NCBI RefSeq assembly: GCF_963921235.1
Contig: NC_086097.1
Location: 198,092,001 to 198,156,000 of the forward strand
Length of the DNA: 64,000 nucleotides
From: Mobula hypostoma
Lineage: Eukaryota
Direction of reading: 5' to 3'
Below, in pieces: positions 50,401 through 62,729 of this stretch; position 1 is the first letter of the stretch, and each line of letters opens with the position of its first letter. The notes beneath the pieces are model-generated. The model made no database searches and had not been told where the DNA came from. It was given only the letters and a program-made list of their open reading frames with translations. The position numbers and the translations under genes were made by a program.

Positions 50401-51800
50401 GGTCAAAAAACAATCATTCAATAACTCAATGAACTCACTTCCCATTACTCACTGGGTTCTTCCTCTCAATATTTGGGAAATTAAAGTCTCCCATAACTTT
50501 ATTATCATCCTCAGAACTTACTATTTTAATATTCTGATAGAGGTGTTTATATAAACCATTATCAACATGGGGGGGTCTATAACATACACCCAATGAAATT
50601 CCTTTATCGTTATAGCTTTCAATTCTCACCCAGATATCAGTGAAGTCTCGATTCATCTCCTATAATAAGCAAACTCATGTTTAAATTGTCTCTTATGTAT
50701 ATGGCTACTGCTTCTCCTTTATGATCTTGCCTATCTTTCCTAAGTAAGGTATTTCCTTTAATACTATATTCATCACCATCCTTTGTCAACTAGTTATCAG
50801 TTATTGATATTATATCATATTTGTATGCACTTACATATAATCCCAACTCATTTATTTTATTCTTAATACTTCTTGCATTTATACAGGCCATATTTAGTCT
50901 ATTACTGGCATTGTCCATCCTATTTCAACCCATTCTTATATTTTTGATGCTTATAATCAGTTTATGTCCGAATACGTTATTCTCCACTAAGGTGTTTAAG
51001 CAGTTGAGCCTGACCTGTATTAAGTTCCCTGCTCCCCGTCGCCCCCCCATTCCTTATTTTAAACAATCCTCATCTATCTGAAGCATATGCCTGCTGAGTA
51101 CAGTACTGTCCTTCTGGTTCAAATGCAACCCATTCCGGCAGGACAGGTCCCATCTGCCCCAAAAGGCACGCCTATGTCCCATAACCCTATTCCTCTATAA
51201 CCATGAACCTATTCCTCTGCACCATGATTTGAACCACGCGTTAACTCTTCTAATCTCCTCCATCTTACCTGGACTGGCATATGGCAGAGACAGAACTTCT
51301 GGGAAGACCACCATGCTAGTTCTGTCTCTAAACTTCCCATTTAACTCCCTAAATTTGTCTTGCAGAACTGACAGCCTGCCCTTACATATGTTATTTGCTT
51401 CAATGTGGACAATGAGTACTGGCTCCACCCCAGCTCTGGCCAAGGAGCTTATCTACTAGTCCAGGGAGATCTCCTACTTGTGCTCCTGGTAGGTAACACA
51501 CACTGTATGAGACACCTTGTCAGTACACACCTGATTCTCAACCCCTCTGATACTTGAGTCCCCTACGATCACTACTTCCTTTTTATGGTGTTTAAATTCA
51601 GGATTAGAGAGGATCCTGTGGGGCTCCTCTGTCCTGCCAACCATCTCAGAGGTTTCATGGTCGTCGTTGAGCATCGCTAGATGTTCAAAATGGTTGGACA
51701 CTTCCAACTCTGGGGTTGATGCCCCCATACAGTGTGCATCTCAATTTCAGTTTTTTATTGATGCACGATAGAGAATGTCCTATTCGGGTGCACCTTGCTC
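47460..51800 (-). mobile_element. Divergent CR1 family copy with ORF1 (SGNH) and ORF2 to mid-RT, split by 48451-49990
   Basis: DPGNYRPVSL..SQHGF (47639-47971); LGVCYRPP..MGDFNFPNI (50435-50656); EVVIVGDSSIRG and VLIVHIEANNI (51195-51728). Confidence 0.88.
48451..49990 (-). mobile_element. Younger 5'-truncated CR1
   Basis: (TAGAAACA)n tail at 48451; VPEDWRVADVLPLFKKG, YMDFSKAFDKV, KFVDDTK. Confidence 0.92.
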
Positions 51801-51904
51801 AGTATGGCATCTCCCTTACCTGTGACTGAAAGGAAGAGCAGAGAGTTTTGGAGGCAGCTCAGCACATCACAGAAAATGGATTCCTGCCCTCACAAATCCA
51901 ACTC

Positions 51905-52065
51905 ATTATTGTCTCTCACTCTGTAACTGTAACACCTCATTATGCATTCTGTTATTGTTTTCTCCTGTACTACCTCAGTGCACCATTGTAATGAAATAAT
52001 TTGTATGGATGGCATGCAAAACAAGCTTGTCACTGTCCCTCAGTACATGTGACAATAATAAGCCA
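51905..52065 (+). mobile_element. LINE 3' tail fragment (Rex/L2-like)
   Basis: CACTGTCCCTCAGTACATGTGACAATAATAA terminal motif. Confidence 0.5.
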
Positions 52066-52479
52066 GTTTACTAATTTTATGTCTGGGAACACACTGAAAG
52101 AAAGAGTGCAGCCTCATCAGATTTGGCTCATGTGGTGCATCGTAATACATCGATATGGTATATTTGTACCTGCAAATGTGATGTTTGTGAAACTGTGTGT
52201 CATCGTAAATTTGAACAACCTATTTGAAGCAACTGTAGAGTATTGCTGATCAGGGACAGTAACCACAGAACGTTAGGCTCCATATTGCAGGCACTGAAGT
52301 TTACATGGTCACACAGAGTGTCAATAAACTTGGGCAGAAAGTGGCAATTTAAACAGAGTGCAAAGCCAGACACACAGGAGAATTGCTAATAACAGAAAAA
52401 TTCAACACACAAGAGTGAGGATATAATGGAGAAGCTTTGAGAGTGCCTGTGAGCCATATAGATATGCACAATTTAACTT

Positions 52480-52900
52480 TCAAATCCTCCATTGCCATTA
52501 TAGAAAGGATGGAAATGTTCCTTAAGATTAACAATATTATTAAAATGGGGGATCAGATACAAAATGTGCAGGAACTGAACATACTGTAGCTATAAGAAAG
52601 CACTTGAAGGCCGCATTATAATTGACGTTGGCTCAGTCTTATTACATGCTTATTAATCTGTCAATCCTTGCAAAATCCAGAGATATTCCATTCACAGATT
52701 TAGAAGTGCAGAAAAGGGAAGATTATTTCAATCTACAGGAGCTTGTAAATAGCACTGACATTGGGGCACAGATTCAAAGAGTAAGAGAGACAATCAGAAA
52801 AAATATACTTGCATTAAAAATTTTAGCCAGTCATTGTTACTTTAGGAAATTCTTAAAACTATTTATTACAGATTAGATTTGTGATACAATCCACATTGTC
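52480..52900 (+). mobile_element. Very old Gypsy gag remnant
   Basis: IERMEMF; YYMLINLSILAKSRDIPFTDL; ALKILASHCYFRKFL..D-RFV-like motif. Confidence 0.45.
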
Positions 52901-53614
52901 CAGCACACAGCATCTTATGCTTGGTCTGACTTACGAGATTGTAATCTTGACAGAAGTGGCAGTGAAAAATGCAAGGAATGACTATAGTCTGAAGGCAGAA
53001 ACTTCACCTTAGCTACCTGCTATATCACTAGCTATTCAACTTTTTCTACGTTTATCTGTTTTCTCATTTCTCATTACAGCTTTAGATTAAAAAGTGAAGG
53101 TGCAGCTGAATTACATTAAATTCATGTTGATAGAGACTATTATTTATTTATTGAACGTGCTTAACTAAGCATGCACTTTTTTGATAAATATTTTGTCATT
53201 CTGTGTACAGTTTACAGTATGTTGTACGACTTGTGTAGGGAACTGAGGAGCCGTTATATCTACTGATGAAGGTGAAAACAGACTGTAGACTAGTTTAGGC
53301 CTAATGAGACTATGGGACTGAGTTGCTCACAGTTGTGCACTGGAGCCAAAGGGCATTTTTTCTGCTCTTTCTCGAATAAGCTAACTTCAAGTGTAAAGAA
53401 ATAAAAACATCTTCCTGCTCAAAGCCTCCAATGACATTGTTGGTTAGGCTGCTGAGGAAACTGGCAGGTGTTACATAGAATTTCTGGCTACTTTTGGAAA
53501 AGAGTCATGAAACTGTCATTATCATACATAGGGTATCAATATACCATTAAAATGGCTACTTGGTATACTTGTATATTGGCTAGTTGAATGACATTTGTAA
53601 TTTGGGGATGTGGA

Positions 53615-54200
53615 GTGTGCTGAGGCTTTATCAGGCCACATTTGGAGTATTGTGAGCAATTTTGGGCCTCGTATCTAAGAAAAGATATGTTAATATTGGA
53701 GAAGGTCAAGAGGAGATTAGTGAGAATGATACCAGGAATGAAAGGGTTAATGTATGGGGAGCATTTGATGGCTCTGGGCTGTACCTACTGGAGTTTAGAA
53801 GAAAGAGGGGTGAAGGGAGAGAGATTACACTGAAATATACCAAATATTGAAAGGCCTTAGATAGATTGCAGGTGGAGAGGATGTATCTAATAGTGGGCAA
53901 TGTAGGACTAAAGGGCAAAGCCTCAGAATACAAGGCACTGCCTTTAGAACAGAGATGAAGAAGAATTTATTTAGCCAGTGGGTGGTGAATCTGTGGAATT
54001 CATTGCTACAAGTGAGTGTAGATGGTTCATTGGATATATTTAAAACAGAGGTTGATAGGTTCTTGATTAGTCAGGGTATCAAAGATTAAGGGGAAAAAGC
54101 GGGAGAATGGGGCTAAGAGGGAAAATAAATCAGTCGTCATTGAATGATGGATCAGGCCTGCTGGGCCAAATAATCTAATTATGCTCCAATGTCTGTTGGA
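53615..54200 (+). mobile_element. CR1 3' end
   Basis: RPHLEYCEQFWASYLRKD..; tail CTAATTATGCTCCAATGTCT. Confidence 0.85.
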
Positions 54201-54279
54201 CTTGTGTTGCATGCAGAGTAAAGGTAATTAGGTTTAAAAAAAGATAGTAAATACAATTCTGGAAAGCTTAGCTGCAGAT

Positions 54280-54630
54280 TATTGTTTGATTGTGGACTTC
54301 AGGAAGAGGAAGTTTCGGCAATGCACACCAGTTGGCATTGAGGGATCAGCAGTGAAAAGCCTGAGCTGTTCCATGTTCCTGAGTGTTAACCTCTCTGAAA
54401 ACCTACCCTGGGCCAACATATTGATGCAATTTCAAATTAGGTATGGTAGTGGCTATATTTCATGGTGTCACCAAAGGTACTCGCAAATTTCTACAAATGT
54501 ACTGTGCAGAGCATTCAGTCTGGTTGTATCACCATTTTGAATGGAGGAGCTGCTGCACAGAGTTGGAAAAAGCTGTAGAAAGTTGCAAACTTAGTCAGCT
54601 CCATCATGGGCACTAGCTTCCATAGCACTG
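54280..54630 (+). mobile_element. Rex1 fragment
   Basis: IVDFRKRK..IEGSAV..FLSVNLSENLPW. Confidence 0.75.
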
Positions 54631-55659
54631 AGATATGGAAACCAATGATGTGTCATTATGGAGAACAACGGTCCAATTAACGGTGGCTTTTAACCTTGCA
54701 ATTAAACATATATTTTGTAACATAGATGGCCATTAATTGTGCCATTGAAAGGAATGTCACTTATCTTCAGGTGAAATGATGAATTAAATCTATTAGCCTT
54801 TGTTAAAATTAGCAAGTGTTTAGTGATTTCTAGATCTTTTAAACGTTGCTAGAGTCTAGAGTTGAAGAATTTTGCCCTGACTTCAAGATTTCTGTACAAA
54901 CCAGTTTTGTACAAACCACGATGGAGAATAAAGGAGAAGAGAAGCAAGAGACTTGTGCTGTAATCTGGAGCAGCACACAAAAGCACTGGAGGAATCTGAT
55001 GGGTCAGGCAGCATCAACGGAAGGAAATCCCACTCCTCTGTATATGTAATTAATGGCAGTAAGTCCTATTGCTCAATGCCAGTGTTCTGGCACGTGTCAT
55101 GAAGGATTAATGGTCTCTCCTCCCTGAGCTCCTCCATTTTTTATTGTTAATCATTTACAGGATATGTATTTCACTGCATGATTTATCTAATCCCAGTAAG
55201 CCTTGAAGTTGGTAGTGAGTCACTTTCATGAATAACTATAGAACACCTTTTGAAGACACTTCTGTTGTTGTGACATAGTTACGACAAAGGTAAGTGATAT
55301 ATTTCCAAGGATGGTGTGTGACTTGCAGGGAGCCCTGCATGTGATGGTGCAATTATATACTTGCTACCTTTGGCTGCCTTGATGTAATGTCTGCAGATTT
55401 GCAAGGTGCTCTTCGAGTAGTCTAGGTGGAGTATTTGCAGTGTATGTTATAGATGTACTCACCACAGCCATAGGCACCACTGGTAGACTGTGAATGTTCA
55501 GGGTATAGGATAGGATGGGTACTGTGAACTCAGTAATCATACTTTTCTTAAAAAATAAGGGTGAGTTTTTAAACTCTCTTATTGGATCTAGTTACAAATT
55601 AGTACATGTTAAACATATGTTATGCTTGTGAAACTATCCTGAAGCTTGCTTCATTTTCA

Positions 55660-56011
55660 GGAGACACGAGATTCTGCTGATGCTAGAAATCTTGAGCAAC
55701 TGATTAGCAATGCTTTACAGTGCAGGCAGCCATGATTCCCTGCCACTACCTGTAAGGCAATTGTACCTTCTTCCTGCAACCACATGGATTTCCTCCAGTT
55801 GCTCTGGTTTCCTCACACAATCCAAAGACGTACCAGATGGTTAATTTATTGGGTGGGGTGTCTTGAAGGGCCTATTCCACACAATAATTGAATAAATAAA
55901 TAAATAAACAAGCAAGCACACACAAAGTGCTGGAGGAACTCAGGAGGTGAGGTAGCGTCTATGGAGAGAATAAACAGTTGACACTTTGAGCCAAGATCCT
56001 TGATCAGGACA
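55660..56011 (-). mobile_element. Penelope-like 3' end with a plus-strand V-SINE inserted at ~55700-55912
   Basis: GATTCTGCTGATGCTAGAAATC..[SINE with TTTCCTCC..GCTCTGGTTTCCTCACACAATCCAAAGAC and (TAAA)n tail]..CAAAGTGCTGGAGGAACTCAG..degenerate hammerhead to ~56010. Confidence 0.7.
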
Positions 56012-57624
56012 GCAATGGCTCAAAATTTCAAGTTTTTTTTTGAGTTGGGTATTATTCAATCTAACCTTTTGATGAGATGCCGGTCACTGCTAAAGGAGAC
56101 GAAAGTGACTGTACCAAGGACACAGTCCCAGGGACTTCTATTAGTGATATCCTGGGTTGGGATGATTTGAATTCCCACAACCATATCTGTCTTTTGTGTA
56201 AAATGTGACCTTGGCCAGTTGAATTCTGCACCCTATGGTTTTCATTAACTTGAGTTTTAACAGGTTCCTTGACACAGTCAAACATTGACGTGATCTCAGA
56301 GACAGGCATGTTCAGCTCATGCCTGGAATTTTGTTCTTTACTTGCTTGGGGGGAAAAAGCCATGATGATGCCTAGAGATAAGGGCTGCTGGCAGAACACA
56401 AACTGTTATTATTACAAAGTTGATTATTATTAAGTAAATACCCTTCAGAGCACTGTTACTGCTACCCTCTATCACTTGAATGAGTGAGAATGGACTGATG
56501 GGACAGTAAAAGAATGGATTTTTTTTTGTGTGTGTGTGGACTATCCATACCTGTTCTACTTTTTATATCCATGAATAGATTCCTGCCTTGGACACTGGCA
56601 CCTCAATTAGCACTCAAGGCACATAAGTGGAAATGAGAGTGTTATAGTGTAAGCACAAAAACTGTTCATTATGTGATGACATGTATATCTTCACCATGCA
56701 TGTATTCACAGGTAAACTGGAAATTGGGTACAAAACTCTCATTCACGGTCTGGGCCATTGCTGAGATCGAGCAGCAGATGTTGCATGTCTCAGTGGCTGT
56801 ATGACTATGGTGCCTCTCATCAGCCTGTCAACACATCTCAGTGCTTTGCTTTCGGCAGCCCCTCTAGCACCAGTCTCTCAAAGGCAGCTGCCATGCTGAG
56901 CCATGAGTAATCCTTTTCCATAGCAACAGCAATGGTGCGGCTTTGTACCAGCTTCATGGCACAACAATGTGTGCTGTGCACCTGAGTGGATGTCCTTCTT
57001 AATGCACAAGGAAATGTGTATCTGCAAGTATTTGGACTGGAGGACTATGAATGCTATAACAAATGAACACCCTGTAGGTTCTTGGAGCTTCCTTTGCCTG
57101 TTAATCAATTATCTGCATTCATGACTTTGTGATGCAGAGCTACAAGTCTTTGATCTGATCTGTTGATTGTGTGATACTTTACCCTGAACTTTTGCTTTTG
57201 GAGTTCAGCACACCTGCAATCCATGTCAGGTTTACATTTATTTTACATGCACCAGCTGTAAGCAGCAGCCAGCTTTTCCACACTTCTTTCAACCAGAGCT
57301 GGTCTCTGTCTTGGCTTATGTAATTAGCTGATTTTAAATCCCAACTGCCATGTGGGATTTAAACTGATATCTCTGGATTATTAGTCTAGTTATCTTCTTA
57401 TTAGCCCAAGATTACACACAGAATATCCAGTAAATCAGAGCTGCATCCCTCGGCTATTTGGCTCTAAATTAAGTCAACCCATAGCTGGGGAAGTGACTGT
57501 TTGTGGTAACTTATTTTTTATTCCTTCTACTTCTCTTCTAATATTTTTATCTGTGCACTTGTAATACTAGTGTGACACTGCAATTTCATTTGGGATCAAT
57601 AAAGTATCTATCATCGTATCTGAG

Positions 57625-59110
57625 GAAAATGATTTGAGAAAATTCTGAGGGACAGAATTGGTAATCATTGAATTGACAATGTCTAATCAACATGGATTTT
57701 TCGAGGGCAGATCCTATCTGACAATCTCACTGAATATTTTGAAGAAGTAACCAAGTGTATCAATGAGGGCAGAGTAGTAGATGTGCTTTCAGTAAGGCTT
57801 TCAACAAGGTTAGGGGCAGCACGGTAGTGTAGTGGTTAGCACAACACTTATAGTACAGGCCATGGATTCAATTCCCGCTGCTGACTGTAAGGAGTTTTCT
57901 TCCCATGACCTTGTAGGTTTCCTCTGGGTGCTCCGATTTCCTCCCATCGTCAAAAGACATACTGATTGGTAGGATAATTGGTCATTGTAAGGTGTCCCGT
58001 GATTAGGCTAGGGTTAAATTGGGGGATTGCTGGGCAAAGCAGCTCGCAACCTTAGGGCTTGTTCTGTGCTATATCTCAAGAAAGGAAGAAAGAAAGAAAT
58101 GGGAAACTGGTCCAAAAGGTTAAGGTCCTGGGATGCAGAGTAATTTGACAAACTGGATCTAAAATTGTCTCAGCAATAAGAGAGGGGGTGCTAGTAGAAG
58201 GTATATTAGTGATTGCATGTTTTGCAACTACTGGTGATCCTCATGGATCATTGTTGGGACTTCATTGTTTACAATATACAGTATGTGAATAATTTGGATG
58301 TAGGGTGCATGCTTTGTAAGTTCACAGATGACACAAAGATCAGCAGAGTTGTATATTGTTTGGAGAGTATTTGGGCTTAGAGATACCAATGTGTTAGTGA
58401 AATGCACTGATAAATAGCAGATGGACTTCAATCCAAGTAAAACTGAAGTGATGTATTTTGAAAGGACTAATGAGGCTAGGACATAAACCATGAATAGTTG
58501 GGTCTTGGAGACCGCTGCTGGACAGAGCAACTTTGTACCTCATCCAGACATTCTGGAAGGTAGCACTGCAAGTAGATAACATAGTTAGGAAAGCACATGT
58601 GGCACTGGCCTTGAATGCAGGGAGGTTATTCCCCAACTTCTTAAAACTTTGGTTAGGCCTTAACAGGTGTACCACATGCATTAATGGGTATCGCACCATA
58701 GGAGGATGTGATAGCACTGGAGAGGGTGTGGAGGAGATTGCACGAGATCTGAGTGTTTCAGTTATGAAGAGAGACTAAAGAAGCTAGCTCGACTCTCCCT
58801 GGAGTTGGGGTTGTTAATAGGGGACATGATTAAGTTTCATAAAATTATGAAGAGTAGACTGCAGGAAACCTTTACCTTTTATTAGACATGGTCACGAGAG
58901 TGCATATTTAGAATAAGAGGAAATAGATTCAGAGGGGATATAAGAGGGATCTTTTCCACCCAGGCAGTGGAAGTATCTAGAGTGCACTATGCAAGAGAAT
59001 GGGGAAGCAGGGTCTCTAGATGAGCACTTGAATTACTTCGGCTTGGAAGGGTTTAAGCCAAGTGCGAGGTCATGGGATTATTGTGGATGGATGCTCGCTG
59101 GTCAGTGTAG
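57625..59110 (+). mobile_element. Old CR1 ORF2 3' half, split by V-SINE
   Basis: QHGF..GRSYLT, FSKAFNKV, KFTDDTK and QMDFNPSK remnants. Confidence 0.8.
57813..58100 (+). mobile_element. tRNA-derived V-SINE (HE1-like)
   Basis: A box TAGTGTAGTGG (57825-57835); B box GGATTCAATTCC (57864-57875); V-domain GGTTTCCTCTGGGTGCTCCGATTTCCTCCCA. Confidence 0.85.
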
Positions 59111-59248
59111 AAGTATTTGTTGAGAATAGGGAGCTGGAGTTGGGTGTGAGGGCTCAAACCAATCAATTGTTGGTCTAAGTAGACCCAAGGAACAGCTGCC
59201 TGAGGAGTAATATGCGGAGGGATTGGAAAGCAGATCATCAGTAAAAGG

Positions 59249-59563
59249 ACAAACAAGAGAAAGTCTGCAGATGCTGGAAATCCGAGCAACACACACAAAA
59301 TGCTGGAGGAACTCAGCAGGCCAGGCAGCATCTATGGAAAAAGGCAGTCAGAAACACATCTTCCACATCTATGGAAAAAGCAAACCCCTCCGAGTTTCAC
59401 CTATCGTCTGGTGCTTCTCTCTCCCCTCCCCCACCTTTCAATTCTACTCCTCAGTTTTGTTTTTCTCCAGTCCTGCCGAAGGGTTTTGGCCAGAAACGCT
59501 GACTGTGCTTTTTTCCATAGCTGCTGCCTGGCCTGCTGAGTTCCTCCGGCATTTTGTGTGTGT
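59249..59563. mobile_element. Inverted composite Penelope-like insertion with 14-bp TSD
   Basis: TCATCAGTAAAAGG at 59235-59248 and 59564-59577; minus arm ~59249-59350, plus arm ~59395-59563 with degenerate hammerhead at 59468-59505. Confidence 0.88.
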
Positions 59564-62454
59564 TCATCAGTAAAAGGCTAGGGTTTTCAGTTGCATGAAT
59601 GCAGGTATAGCATATTGGGCCAACAGGTAACCTTGGTTAATTGTGACAGTAGAAACATCTGTTGGGAGTGGTTGACTTGGTAGATTGGAGCTTGGGATCA
59701 TTAGCTATGGGTGATGTTAGTTGAAATTCACTGTTGGAGACTAATCTTCATAATCGAGTGGGTCTCATCTCTAGTAGATGAGAGGGCCATGAATGGTAGA
59801 CTGTGAGTAGCCTTGCTAAGCAGGCTCCGTAGAAACGATCATGGGGCGGGAGGTGATGGTATAGATTTAATTGATGGGATTGCCTTGATCAATGACACAA
59901 TTAGGATTTCTAGTTCAGGAGGGCAATCAGTAGTTGAGGTGACTAGCAAGATTTTCAGTTGATAGTTGGGCAGTTAATGGGATGGGGAGATTGGTGGGTA
60001 CAAGGAGACACTGTGGAGAGGTCCGGTAAAAATCGTGATGTGGGGTTCAAATTTATAGCTAACAAATAAAATACTGATCTCAATGGCAAATTTGCTTTGG
60101 GAAAAGTACATGAGTGAAACAGATGGATTTTTGCATTCAACTGGTAGTTTCACAGTCACAATTACTGTTTTCCTCTTTTATTGTAGAATTTTATTTAATT
60201 AACCAATTTTAATCTTGGCAGCTACTGTATTTCCCAATAAATAGGCCAGGTTTCTTGTCCAATAATGTAACTACTACGCTGCCACACCAAATGAGTCCTT
60301 TTATCATTTTAAACAATCTGGCCTGGAATTTCCACTTAATATAGATTTATCTTTCAGTATGACCCCTATGTTAATACTAATGCAAATGGCCTCAAAATTT
60401 TAGGTGCAAGTTGCATTTAAGTTCAAATTGGCTTTTGAGAAGATGGTGCTGGTTTTACAAACATCACTAGAAAGTAGATCGTGACCTCAAAATTTGCCAT
60501 ATTCCTTGCATTATTATACTCATTGGGACTTCACAATAATTATATCTTTATTGAGTTTGAGGAAATTCCAAAAACTAAAATATTCCTTTTGGGCACCATG
60601 ACATGATGTGATAAATTTGGAAAATCTTTGCATGTTTATTAAGAGATTACTAATTACTGAACTACCGTCCTCCTACTCCAATGTACTGAGAAAGCAGTTT
60701 TGTACTTCAGTAATTTTAATTTACACGACTCAATACTGGGCTGACTTATATATACATATAAATCTATTTCTAACTGTATTCATCAACTTTATCAAGATGC
60801 CATTTCCAAGTAGATCAAAGTATATTAATAAAGCAATTAGAAAATGCATTTAAAATGCCACCCAACTGTTTGTGTTAATTCATGGCTCATCTTGCATTCA
60901 GCGATATGTACATAAATTTGAATGAAAAATCATGGTGAAGAAGGCGAAGGGACACCTAAAAATGAGTGGAATTAAAGCCACCAATTAAACCCAAAACCAA
61001 AACTATATGCCTCATACTGTATATGCTGCTGTCTTTATAATTTAACCCGCTGAGCCTGACTTAATTCTGGTGAATCTATTCCAAAGCAAATGCTTTACTG
61101 AGACTTGGAACCCAAAACAAAACAATGTGTTCCAACTGGTGACTGGCCAAAGATGAATTCTGCTGCTTTATCATCTCCTCAGCTTTGTATTCTGATCTCC
61201 TTCAGCTAAATGTCAACATTCTATTAGATATTTATTTAATTTTTGTACCAGTGCACCAATTCTTAGCCATAATAAACCAGGGAAAGTGGCTGTCTTTTTT
61301 TTATTTCTCTTCATTTCCTTTCCAACCAATTTTTTTAAGCCACTTGGATGGAATTATGAATATTCAAGCACTTTCTGCTGCCAAAGAGTGGCAACGCTTA
61401 GCATCAAGCAAGAGATGAATAAATGAACAACATTTCACTTGGAGATATTGGAAGATGAATGAAAAAGATAGGGTATAGATGCCAAGACCCTGCTGCATAA
61501 ATCACGTGGATGAAACTAGGATTGGGGGTGACTAAAAGATTTACTAGCTCCAGAATTGCAGAATATTCCCACTTGATGTTTCATTTAATCATAAGTATGA
61601 CAACATGCTGAAAAGGCTTCTGCTTCCCTTCTTGTTCACGATCTTAAGCCAAAGTGACATCTCTATATGTAATCTTTAAAAATGGCCTCCAAATTAACTC
61701 TGAAATGGTTTGGGAGAAGTGGTATCAAATACAGCATGAAATCACATGAGAATGTGTGGTGCATCTGCATGTGATATTTTAATGCAGGCTTTTCATTTTC
61801 ATTTTATTGTTGGTTCTGCCATTGATGGTGTGGAGGTACATGAGGTGAGGACCCAAATGATCACAGTTCTCCAAAGGCCAATCCAAAAATAAAACCTGGA
61901 GCTTTTGGGAGTTGTAGTCAGAAAGTAAAATCATTGATGGTAGATTCAGTACTGTCAAAGTCTGAGCCTTGCTTTAACTATGTTTCCTTCATTTCGGACT
62001 CGAACAGAGATGTTCCCTACAGAAACACGATGAGAAGAGGGAAACTGTCACCACCATGGTGAGGTTTGACTATAAGTAGCTCATGAGATCAACAGAAGGA
62101 TATTGGACTCCACACTGGAAAATCGCTTTGGAAGTATTTTAAGAGTCATACCAGGAAGGGTAAGCACACTTACTCAATTACAAAATCTTGCTGTTTGTTT
62201 TACATCATGAATACTGCTATTTATATACAAATGATCACATGCATAAATTTGTTAACAACCTACACCTGAAGGAAGCAACTCAGAGAGGCAAATATTCGTT
62301 TATTTTGACCTGTCATTGAGGACAAAGTTCACATCATTGTCAGCTTACCAAGCAATTCAACATTGACTTGTATTTGTGTGCAGCTTCCTGAGAAATTCTG
62401 AACAGGTCTCTGGCAAACCATTCCCCCCATTGCAAAGTTGACAATAGTGATTTA

Positions 62455-62695
62455 GAACAGAAGATAGGATGCTACAGCATGACCTTGTAACCTGTTCTAA
62501 GATCAATCTAACCTTAGATTGCCCTCTATTTTTCTACCATCCATGTGCCTATCTACAAATTGCCTAAATGTCCCTCGAGTATCTGCATCTAGCACCTGCC
62601 CTGGCAAGGCATTGAATGCACCTACCTCACTTTGCTTAAAAAAAACTTACCTCTGACATCACCCCACTAGTTTTTCGTCCTATCTCCTTAAAATA
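62455..62695 (-). mobile_element. CR1 3' UTR fragment
   Basis: Similar to 13740-13980 (TAAGATCAATCTAA, CATCCATGT..CTATCTA). Confidence 0.7.
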
Positions 62696-62729
62696 ATGTT
62701 GTAGAGTAACATAATTGGGAGAAATGTAC

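Noticed and set aside
57813..57880. tRNA gene
   Set aside because: A/B boxes continue into a V-domain SINE body; no proper cloverleaf.
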